From a virus (lineage: Duplodnaviria > Caudoviricetes), in IMG/VR virus record IMGVR_UViG_3300020471_000006, positions 96,001 to 160,000 of that record: 64,000 nt of DNA. One strand, written 5' to 3'. The translations under genes and the position numbers were made by a program. A model generated the notes under the pieces. It did not search any database, had not been told where the DNA came from, and saw only the letters and a list, made by a program, of their open reading frames with translations. Positions 47,102 to 54,913 of this stretch are shown here, one piece after another (position 1 is the first letter of the stretch; each line of letters starts with the position of its first letter).

Positions 47102-48802
47102 ATGATTATTTTATGTGTTGCACGTGGTCACAACGGTAGTACCACACTAATGGTAGACGGTGAGATAGTCTTCTATCTCGAAGAAGAGAGGCTTAGTAGA
47201 TTTAAGTATGATGGATCTCCTATGCTAGGTATACTTAAAGCATTTGAGTATGTTGATCATATTGATCATCTAGTTGTATGTCATACACATAGATCTGGTC
47301 CTAATTTAGATTGGACTGGTGAGCATATGTATGAGGGATTTGTAAGAAAGATTGCTAGAAAGAAATGGGAATTTGAAACAACTTATATTGATTTGAATCA
47401 CCATGAGATGCATGCTGCATGCGGTTTCTATAATTCTGGATTTGAATCTGCTGCATGTGTTATTGCAGATGGTGCTGGAAGTTTCTTAAATATGCAAGAA
47501 GTTCCAGATACTTTGTATGAATTTGAAACCATCTTCCATGCAGAGTATCCAGAAGAGTTTGAATCTGTATGGAAACATATCGGAACTAAAGCTGCTATTG
47601 GTTTCCATGAACCAGAACCTAATACATTCATTACTGAGTATCCTGGTCATACTAAAATGTATGAAGCAGTAACACAGTACTGTGGATTCCCTGCTATTGA
47701 AGCAGGTAAACTTATGGGTCTTGCACCATATGGTAAACCTAATGATGAACTACCATCATTCTTTAATGGAGAATGGGGTAATAGAGATTTGATTGTTCCA
47801 ACATATCCTAATGCTGCTACTATTAATGAAAGTAGATTCCAAATACTTAAAGATGATCGTAAACAGCATCAACAAGGTGAAGGTGAAAGAATAGATCATA
47901 CAGATGTACAGAAGGATATGGCATATAAGATTCAGGAAGAAACTTCTGAACGTATGTGTCAATTGATTGAGAAAGCAGTTGAGTTAACTGGTGAAAAGAA
48001 CATTGTAGTCTGTGGTGGTTATGGTCTCAACTGTGTAGCAAACTATAAGTACTGGGATCGTTTCCCTGATCTAAACATCTATTGTGAACCTATCTCACAT
48101 GATGGTGGTACATCTATCGGTGGAGCACTTTATAAGTTACATCAACTTACTGATAATGAAGAACCTAGAAAGCAAGCATCTGTTTATTATGGTCCTCAGT
48201 ATGATCCTACTACTTATGAAGATGCTATTGCTGGACGTGATGTAACAGATACTGATTATGATTCAGTTGCTGCACTCATTCGTGGAGGTAATATTGTTAC
48301 TATCTTCCAAGGAAGATCAGAAGGTGGTCCTCGTGCTTTAGGTAATAGATCTATTCTCTTTGATCCTACTGTTAAAGATGGTAAGGATATTGTTAATGGT
48401 GTTAAGCACAGAGAATGGTTCAGACCATTTGCATGTTCTATTAAGAAGGAACACGTTCATGAGTGGTTTGATTTGAAAGGAAGAGATGAAACACCACACA
48501 TGATGTATGCTGTAGAGTGTCTTGAAGGTGTTGAGGAGAAGATTCCGTCAGTAATTCATGTTGATGGAACTTGTCGTATACAAACTGTAACTGAGGAACA
48601 AAATGAACATTACTATAAACTCATTAATGCTTTCCATAAAATTACAGATGTACCTATACTCTTTAACACTAGTTTCAATCTTGGAGGCGAACCTCTTGTT
48701 GAAACTATCCATGATGCGTTAGAGACATTAGATAATAGTGAGATCGAGTACATGTATCTCCCAGAAATTCAAAAGCTAGTTAAGGTTCCTAACCGTGACT
48801 GA
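47102..48802 (+). CDS. O-carbamoyltransferase (NodU/CmcH/TobZ family) 1
   Basis: EEERLSR.K, HHEMHA, DGAG, GKLMGLAPYG, GGYGLNC, GRSEGGPRALGNRSIL, KHREWFRPFA, HVDGTCRIQTV, NTSFN. Confidence 0.93.
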   Translation: MIILCVARGHNGSTTLMVDGEIVFYLEEERLSRFKYDGSPMLGILKAFEYVDHIDHLVVCHTHRSGPNLDWTGEHMYEGFVRKIARKKWEFETTYIDLNHHEMHAACGFYNSGFESAACVIADGAGSFLNMQEVPDTLYEFETIFHAEYPEEFESVWKHIGTKAAIGFHEPEPNTFITEYPGHTKMYEAVTQYCGFPAIEAGKLMGLAPYGKPNDELPSFFNGEWGNRDLIVPTYPNAATINESRFQILKDDRKQHQQGEGERIDHTDVQKDMAYKIQEETSERMCQLIEKAVELTGEKNIVVCGGYGLNCVANYKYWDRFPDLNIYCEPISHDGGTSIGGALYKLHQLTDNEEPRKQASVYYGPQYDPTTYEDAIAGRDVTDTDYDSVAALIRGGNIVTIFQGRSEGGPRALGNRSILFDPTVKDGKDIVNGVKHREWFRPFACSIKKEHVHEWFDLKGRDETPHMMYAVECLEGVEEKIPSVIHVDGTCRIQTVTEEQNEHYYKLINAFHKITDVPILFNTSFNLGGEPLVETIHDALETLDNSEIEYMYLPEIQKLVKVPNRD

Positions 48803-49436
48803 TCATTTTGAAGATATCTTAGTTATTGATGATGTAATCAGTCCAAGATATCAGGAGCATCTTAGACAATCCGTTATGGATTCTAAGTTCCCATGGTACT
48901 TCAATCGTGATATAACAGCACCTTTGTGGTATTGGGAACAGAATAAACTTAATGATTCTAAATTAGAAGTTGAGGATGCTCTATTTACTGGGTTTATGCA
49001 CATCCTTTGGGGGAGAGAGGGTAAGGAATCTGAGTCGTATGATATCTTCGTTCCTCTCTTGTACTCGATGGAAGAAAAGATCAATATGACTATCAAGGAT
49101 CTTGTTCAATTAAGATTGGGTCTCTTTACATTGAACAAGAACAAACACCCTCATCATGTTCCACATGTTGATTATCAGGGTGATGGGTTGAAGTACACAG
49201 CAATCTATTACCTGAATGATAGTGATGGAGATACACATTTCTTTAATGAATTTTTAGATCCTAGTATCAAAAGGTTCATTAATGGGTATGACCCCAGTCT
49301 CTTTACCGTTGCTAAAACTGTTAAACCTAAATCAGGTAGATTAGTTTTATTTGATGGTCGAAGATATCATGCCTCTCGCTATCCAGAGAGCACAACAGAA
49401 CGTATTGTATTGAATATAAATTTTAACCCTGTTTAA
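48795..49436 (+). CDS. 2OG-Fe(II) oxygenase superfamily protein
   Basis: PHVD (HxD), AIYYLNDSDGDT.FF, KSGRLVLFDGRRYHAS (distal His), RIVLNINF. Confidence 0.8.
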   Translation: MTDHFEDILVIDDVISPRYQEHLRQSVMDSKFPWYFNRDITAPLWYWEQNKLNDSKLEVEDALFTGFMHILWGREGKESESYDIFVPLLYSMEEKINMTIKDLVQLRLGLFTLNKNKHPHHVPHVDYQGDGLKYTAIYYLNDSDGDTHFFNEFLDPSIKRFINGYDPSLFTVAKTVKPKSGRLVLFDGRRYHASRYPESTTERIVLNINFNPV

Positions 49437-49438
49437 TT

Positions 49439-51148
49439 ATGTGGATACTTGGTGTTAATAGATCTCATGATGCTGCTATTTGTCTCATGAAAGACAATGA
49501 TGTAGTGCTGTCCATACAGGAAGAGAGATTAACACATGTCAAATATGACAGAGAAGTATTCAATGCTCTGGATAAAGTAGCTGAAATTACTAAAGAAATT
49601 GACTTATGTGCTTATACACATTTGTACAATACTAAATGTGATTTTGGACCTTACTTTAAATACATTAAACGTATAGGGATTAAAGTCAAGAGGTATGTAG
49701 AAGCAAAGGATTATCACCATTCTCTACATGCCTCTTGTGCGTACTATAATTCAGGATTTGATAAAGCAGGTATACTTGTAATAGATGGTGCTGGTGCTGA
49801 CCATGAGTGGGGTAAGGAGAATGAAAGTATATTCTATTTTGATCAAAATCCCAATGCAGTAACATGCCTAAGTCAAAAGATTATTGGGTATTCAAATCAA
49901 AAGGTTGAAGGAGCACCACCATTTGTACATCCTACAAAAAATATTGGTGCTGGATTTGTTTACTCTGGTATCACAGAATATCTGGGATGGGATAGTTTAG
50001 AGTGTGGTAAAACTATGGGTCTTTCATCATATGGAGAACCCAATGATAGAATAAAACAAATGATATCTGAGGATGGTGGAAATGAAAATATATTTACCTT
50101 AACAGATTTCAATGAACATAAGAATGTGAATACTGTTGTTCGTCCTTATGATTACATAGCATATTCTAAGGATGAAGATGATAAGTTCCAAAGACATGCA
50201 GATCTAGCATATAGATTACAAAAAGATTTTGAAGAGTATGTGTATCAAAGAATTATGGATACACATAGATTAAGTGGATGTAATGATATCATCTTTACTG
50301 GTGGATGTGCTTTGAATTGTGTTGGTAACTATAGAATACTACAAAGATTACCAGAACATATTAATCTATATGTTGAACCTATGTCTAGTGACTGTGGTAC
50401 TGCTATGGGAGCAGCATATATTACTTACGCAAGGGAATGCCCTAAGCAGTATAGACGTAAAAGAATAAGACCATTATCACATCTTTATTTTGGTCAACCT
50501 ATTAAGTATGATTATGAATTAAAAGATAATGAATTTAAGGTATGTGAGGTTACACCTCAGAGGGTTGCTGAACTTATTAGTGACGGTAATGTAGTTGCTA
50601 TCTGTCAAGGTAGATCTGAGAATGGTCCTCGTGCTTTAGGTAATCGTTCTATACTATATGATCCCCGTGCTGTAGACGGGAAAGATATTGTTAATAAAGT
50701 AAAGAAGAGAGAACATTGGAGACCGTTTGCTGGCACAGTACTTGCTGATCATGCACATGAATGGTTTGATATGGATAGGTTGCATGAATCACCACATATG
50801 ATGTATGCTGTAAATGTACTAAAATCAATGATAGAGAAGATACCATGTATCACTCATGTCGATGGTACATGTAGAATTCAAACTCTAACAAAAGATCAGA
50901 ATCCAAACTACTATAAATTAATAGAGGCATTCTATGAATTAACAGGTGTGCCGATATTATTCAACACATCTTTTAATTTGGCTGGTGATACTATAGTGGA
51001 AACTATAGATGATGCTTTACTTACTATGAGAGAAAGTGAAATCTGTTATCTTTACTTACCTGAGAAAGCAGAACTACTATTCATACCTGATGCATCAGAA
51101 CCATCTATCAAAAGATTATCATACAAAGATTGTAATTCACTACTATGA
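49439..51148 (+). CDS. O-carbamoyltransferase (NodU/CmcH/TobZ family) 2
   Basis: SHDAAI, QEERL, HHSLHA, DGAG, GKTMGLSSYG, GGCALNC, GRSENGPRALGNRSIL, KKREHWRPFA, HVDGTCRIQT, NTSFN. Confidence 0.93.
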   Translation: MWILGVNRSHDAAICLMKDNDVVLSIQEERLTHVKYDREVFNALDKVAEITKEIDLCAYTHLYNTKCDFGPYFKYIKRIGIKVKRYVEAKDYHHSLHASCAYYNSGFDKAGILVIDGAGADHEWGKENESIFYFDQNPNAVTCLSQKIIGYSNQKVEGAPPFVHPTKNIGAGFVYSGITEYLGWDSLECGKTMGLSSYGEPNDRIKQMISEDGGNENIFTLTDFNEHKNVNTVVRPYDYIAYSKDEDDKFQRHADLAYRLQKDFEEYVYQRIMDTHRLSGCNDIIFTGGCALNCVGNYRILQRLPEHINLYVEPMSSDCGTAMGAAYITYARECPKQYRRKRIRPLSHLYFGQPIKYDYELKDNEFKVCEVTPQRVAELISDGNVVAICQGRSENGPRALGNRSILYDPRAVDGKDIVNKVKKREHWRPFAGTVLADHAHEWFDMDRLHESPHMMYAVNVLKSMIEKIPCITHVDGTCRIQTLTKDQNPNYYKLIEAFYELTGVPILFNTSFNLAGDTIVETIDDALLTMRESEICYLYLPEKAELLFIPDASEPSIKRLSYKDCNSLL

Positions 51149-51783
51149 ACTTAACAGATTTAATATTCGAGAAAAAAGACTTCCTTCCTAAAGATGATTG
51201 TGAGTCATGGATTGATTGGTTTTGGTTGAACCAACAATATCATGATAAGGGGGATTCTGGAAATGAACAAAAACATAAGAAAGCTATACAAGTAGATCCT
51301 ATTGTTGGTGGAGATTTCTGGTGTCAAATTGCTATAGAAACTGATAGAGCTATCAATGCAATGTATGAATGGGGTGCAAAAGATAAACTTCTTTGGAGAG
51401 CACCTTTAGTTTCTTATGATCATTCTATGAGATGCTACCCAAAAAAAGATGGGTGGTTTAAAGATCATATTGATCTATCTCCAACAGATCCATTACTATT
51501 GTCAAGAGTATATGCTATGATAATATATCTTGATGATGTTGAAGAAGGTGGTGAAACAGAGTTTTCATTTTTAGATTATAAAGTTAAACCAGAACAAGGA
51601 AAACTTTTAATGTTCCCTTGTAATCAGATGTATCCATATAGAGAAAACAAACCAATGAGTGGTCCAAAGCATATTGTCACTGCTTTCTTTTGTTCTGATC
51701 TACCTGCTCCACATTATGTAAATAGTCAGCATCCTAATCAACAACATCATAACTTATATTCAAAACACATGGGAATCAAATGA
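51145..51783 (+). CDS. Prolyl-4-hydroxylase-like 2OG-Fe(II) oxygenase with atypical distal ligand
   Basis: FKDHID, IIYLDDVEEGGETEF, KPEQGKLLMFP; expected distal His reads Tyr (YPYRE). Confidence 0.75.
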   Translation: MNLTDLIFEKKDFLPKDDCESWIDWFWLNQQYHDKGDSGNEQKHKKAIQVDPIVGGDFWCQIAIETDRAINAMYEWGAKDKLLWRAPLVSYDHSMRCYPKKDGWFKDHIDLSPTDPLLLSRVYAMIIYLDDVEEGGETEFSFLDYKVKPEQGKLLMFPCNQMYPYRENKPMSGPKHIVTAFFCSDLPAPHYVNSQHPNQQHHNLYSKHMGIK

Positions 51784-52175
51784 TTATTTGGGTTAATGGT
51801 TGCTTTGATGTTCTCCATAGAGGACATTTCGAATTGCTAAATTATGCTAGGTCTTTAGGATCTATGCTTATAGTGGGTATCGATACTGACCGAAAGGTCA
51901 GAGCAGACAAAGGACCAGATAGACCCATCTATCCATTAGAGGATAGGAAGTATCAATTAAGTTCTTTGAAAGCAGTGGACGTAATCCATACGTTTGATTC
52001 AAGACAAGAGCTTGAAGAATTGATAAAAATCATAAACCCTGATATACTAGTGGTAGGTTCTGATTGGAAAAACGGAGACGTAGTAGGACGTGAGTATGCA
52101 AAGAGAGTTGAGTTCTTCGATAGGATCGGAGAATATTCCACAACAAAAACAATACAAGGTCATCGTTATAGGTGA
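51780..52175 (+). CDS. rfaE2: Heptose-1-phosphate adenylyltransferase (HldE/RfaE domain II, cytidyltransferase-like)
   Basis: NGCFDVLHRGH (HxGH), LIVGIDTD..V...KG..RPI, KGSDW-like VGSDW, YSTT. Confidence 0.85.
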   Translation: MIIWVNGCFDVLHRGHFELLNYARSLGSMLIVGIDTDRKVRADKGPDRPIYPLEDRKYQLSSLKAVDVIHTFDSRQELEELIKIINPDILVVGSDWKNGDVVGREYAKRVEFFDRIGEYSTTKTIQGHRYR

Positions 52176-52929
52176 GACTTGTATAGACAAATACGTTTAT
52201 GGCAGGTGTACAAGGTTAAGTCCTGAAGCACCTGTACCAGTAATGGAATACATTCGTACTGAAACAGCAGACGGAATGGCAAGTAATGTAAGACAAAACC
52301 TCTTGTCATTTGGTGTGGATGTATATTTGATGACCAATGAATTAAAACCAGTCAAGACTAGATTTGTAGATGAAAGATCTAATCAACAACTGATGAGATT
52401 GGATGAGAATGATGAGGTTGCTGACTATGGATGGGAGTTACCAACTGGTGATACTTATCCTACTGGTACACCACATACAGAACCTATTGGTGAACCATTT
52501 GATGCCATGATCATATCTGATTATGACAAAGGATTTTTATCAGAAGAAAAGATCTTTGAATTGGTAGAAGCATTCAATGGTCCTGTATTCATAGACAGTA
52601 AGAAAAGTAAACTACCTAAGAAAGGATGCTTCATCAAGATCAATGATTTAGAAAACTCTAAGTTAAAAGGTATATACAGAAATAAGATTGTTACTAAAGG
52701 TTCTGCTGGTGCTGAGTATAAAGGAAAGATATATCCAGGTGAAGCAGTTCCTTGTTTTGATGTAGCAGGTGCAGGAGATACATTCCTTTGTGCTTTGGTT
52801 TACTTTTACTTAGAGTATGGTAAAATAGAAAAAGCAATTCCTTATGCTAATAAGGCTGCTGCTATAGCAGTTCAAAATCATGGTACATACGTTCTTTCTG
52901 GAGATGATATAGATGATATACGTAGTTGA
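52090..52929 (+). CDS. rfaE1: Heptose-7-phosphate kinase (HldE/RfaE domain I, PfkB family); start uncertain
   Basis: VIGETCIDKYVYG...RLSPEAPVPV, ISDYDKG, FIDSK, DVAGAGDTF anion-hole motif. Confidence 0.85.
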   Translation: MSMQRELSSSIGSENIPQQKQYKVIVIGETCIDKYVYGRCTRLSPEAPVPVMEYIRTETADGMASNVRQNLLSFGVDVYLMTNELKPVKTRFVDERSNQQLMRLDENDEVADYGWELPTGDTYPTGTPHTEPIGEPFDAMIISDYDKGFLSEEKIFELVEAFNGPVFIDSKKSKLPKKGCFIKINDLENSKLKGIYRNKIVTKGSAGAEYKGKIYPGEAVPCFDVAGAGDTFLCALVYFYLEYGKIEKAIPYANKAAAIAVQNHGTYVLSGDDIDDIRS

Positions 52930-53233
52930 TATAGATGGTACTATAAGTAATTGTCCTACAGGACAATACGAAAAATCCGAACCAATGATGGATCGGATAG
53001 AGAAGTTAAATAAAATATACGACGAAGGTAACAGTATTATTTTTTATACTGCCAGAGGTATGGGTAGATTTGAAGGTGATGGGATTAAAGCACATGAAGC
53101 ATTCTATGATCTAACCTTCAATCAACTCAAGTCATGGGGGTGTAAGTTTGATGAGTTACACATGGGTAAATTTCATGCACATTATTTCATAGATGATAAA
53201 GGAGTGAATTCAGATGATTTCTTCAATACTTGA
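52913..53233 (+). CDS. HAD-superfamily phosphatase (capsule-biosynthesis phosphatase-like)
   Basis: VVDIDGTI (DxDGT), FYTARG, GK....YFIDDK. Confidence 0.8.
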   Translation: MIYVVDIDGTISNCPTGQYEKSEPMMDRIEKLNKIYDEGNSIIFYTARGMGRFEGDGIKAHEAFYDLTFNQLKSWGCKFDELHMGKFHAHYFIDDKGVNSDDFFNT

Positions 53234-53762
53234 ACCCGAAGATCTTCTTGATCCGTTTACTGTTGATTGGATCAATAAAGAACTTTATGAATATCCTGTA
53301 TCATATGGACACAGAGCTTGTGATGATGGAGATGATTTTTTCGGAAGAATATTCTTTTGGGGTGAATGGCGTGAACAGTTCCATCAGAAGAACCTACCAG
53401 CCAGTGTAGATTACTTAACTAATTTTGTAGCCACATGGTTACCATCTGCAACTAATAAAGAATTTGTAGATCTAAGAAGAATTGTATTGAATGCTGCATG
53501 TCCTAATCAACGTGGAGGTGTGCATTGGGATTCTAATGACCCATCAGTCTGGACTGTGCTATACTATATTACTGATAGTTCTGGTGATACCAACATATAC
53601 GATGGAGATTTTGAAGAAGGTGTTGAGGCAAGAAACCTTGTCCACACATGTAAATACAAGCAAGGAAAGTTTGTTGCTTTTCCTTCTACCTATATTCATA
53701 ATGCGGAGGCCCCAGAATCAGGATGGAGAATGAGTTTAGCGTGGGGTATTCAACTCCGATGA
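53214..53762 (+). CDS. 2OG-Fe(II) oxygenase superfamily protein
   Basis: GVHWD (HxD), TVLYYI, GKFVAFPSTYIHNA, WRMSLA. Confidence 0.8.
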   Translation: MISSILEPEDLLDPFTVDWINKELYEYPVSYGHRACDDGDDFFGRIFFWGEWREQFHQKNLPASVDYLTNFVATWLPSATNKEFVDLRRIVLNAACPNQRGGVHWDSNDPSVWTVLYYITDSSGDTNIYDGDFEEGVEARNLVHTCKYKQGKFVAFPSTYIHNAEAPESGWRMSLAWGIQLR

Positions 53763-54100
53763 AGATTGTACAGAAAGGTTGGGGATATGAGAAGTGGATC
53801 TGCAATTCTGAAAAGTATTGTGGGAAGCTTCTATTCTTTAATGCAGGTAAGAAGTGTTCATACCATTATCACAAGATTAAAGATGAAACATTCTATGTTC
53901 AGAGTGGTGAACTAAAGATGACCTATGGTTATAGAGATGATTTTATTGATGCAGACACAATCATATTAAAACCAGGAGATAAGTTTTACATACCTCCTGG
54001 TCTTAGACATATGATGGAAGGCATCACAGACGTAGAACTATTCGAATTTTCTACAGAGCATTTTGAGGAGGACTCGTACCGTGTTCTAAGGGGTGATTAA
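53759..54100 (+). CDS. Cupin-fold sugar isomerase-like protein
   Basis: ATGA-coupled start at 53759; KGWGYEKW, CSYHYHKIKDETFYVQSG, IPPGLRH cupin motifs. Confidence 0.8.
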   Translation: MKIVQKGWGYEKWICNSEKYCGKLLFFNAGKKCSYHYHKIKDETFYVQSGELKMTYGYRDDFIDADTIILKPGDKFYIPPGLRHMMEGITDVELFEFSTEHFEEDSYRVLRGD

Positions 54101-54875
54101 TATAGTCCTCTACATTTGTAAATTCATACTTATTAGCCCAGAACATATCTGCACAGGTATAGAATTGATATTTTCCTTGTAAGTGTACAGGGAAATCTAT
54201 CTCTTCTATCTGTGCATTATATTTGTCTGCAATTATTTCAGCAATATCTCTGAAGGAATGTGGGTGTCCTGTACCAAGATCATATACTCCTGATTCCAAT
54301 TGGTTGTTCAGAACTAAGTCAACAACATCACCAACGTATATAAAGTCTCTAACCATCTTCTCAGAGTTCTTAAAGATTTTAATTTTACCTGTCATCTTTG
54401 CTTCCTCAGTAAATTTACTGATAGGACTGCGTTGGTTTCCTTTATGCTCTTCACCTTCTCCATATACATTGAAGAATCTGAATCCTTGAATATTTTCAAA
54501 TAGATCTATATTGTCTTGTACCCAGTAGTCTACTTGAACTTTTGATATAGCATAGTAATTCAAAGGATTGATATTACCTGCTGAGTTTCCATAGACAGAT
54601 GCAGACGAGGCATACTTAACTGGTATACCTAGTTCTATTGCTTTCTTAAATAGTCTTATTGAAAACTCAGTATTGTAAATTGTGATCTTTCCAATATCAG
54701 TTTCTGTTGTACTTGATATTGCTCCCATGTGAATGATTTCATCGATATCATCCCAGACAGGTAGGTTGTCTAGTAACTGAAAAGCGTTTCCCATTTCAAA
54801 CCCGATGAATTTTCCATCAAGTTGATCGGCAAACTTCTTTCCGATGAACCCATTGCATCCTGTAAGAATTTTCAT
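54051..54875 (-). CDS. hldD: ADP-L-glycero-D-manno-heptose 6-epimerase (extended SDR)
   Basis: TGCNGFIG, HMGAISSTTE, YASSASVYG, PLNYYAISK (YxxxK), RFFNVYG..E.HKG, RDFIYV.DV, GKYQFYTCAD. Confidence 0.9.
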   Translation of the reverse strand: MKILTGCNGFIGKKFADQLDGKFIGFEMGNAFQLLDNLPVWDDIDEIIHMGAISSTTETDIGKITIYNTEFSIRLFKKAIELGIPVKYASSASVYGNSAGNINPLNYYAISKVQVDYWVQDNIDLFENIQGFRFFNVYGEGEEHKGNQRSPISKFTEEAKMTGKIKIFKNSEKMVRDFIYVGDVVDLVLNNQLESGVYDLGTGHPHSFRDIAEIIADKYNAQIEEIDFPVHLQGKYQFYTCADMFWANKYEFTNVEDYINHPLEHGTSPPQNAL

Positions 54876-54882
54876 ATAAATA
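54875..54882 (+). promoter_or_regulatory. Consensus T4 late promoter overlapping the hldD start codon
   Basis: TATAAATA 31 nt upstream of ATG 54914; its first T is the complement of the A of the minus-strand ATG. Confidence 0.8.
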
Positions 54883-54913
54883 ACTAACGATTGTAATATA
54901 AACCCCCAAAGTT

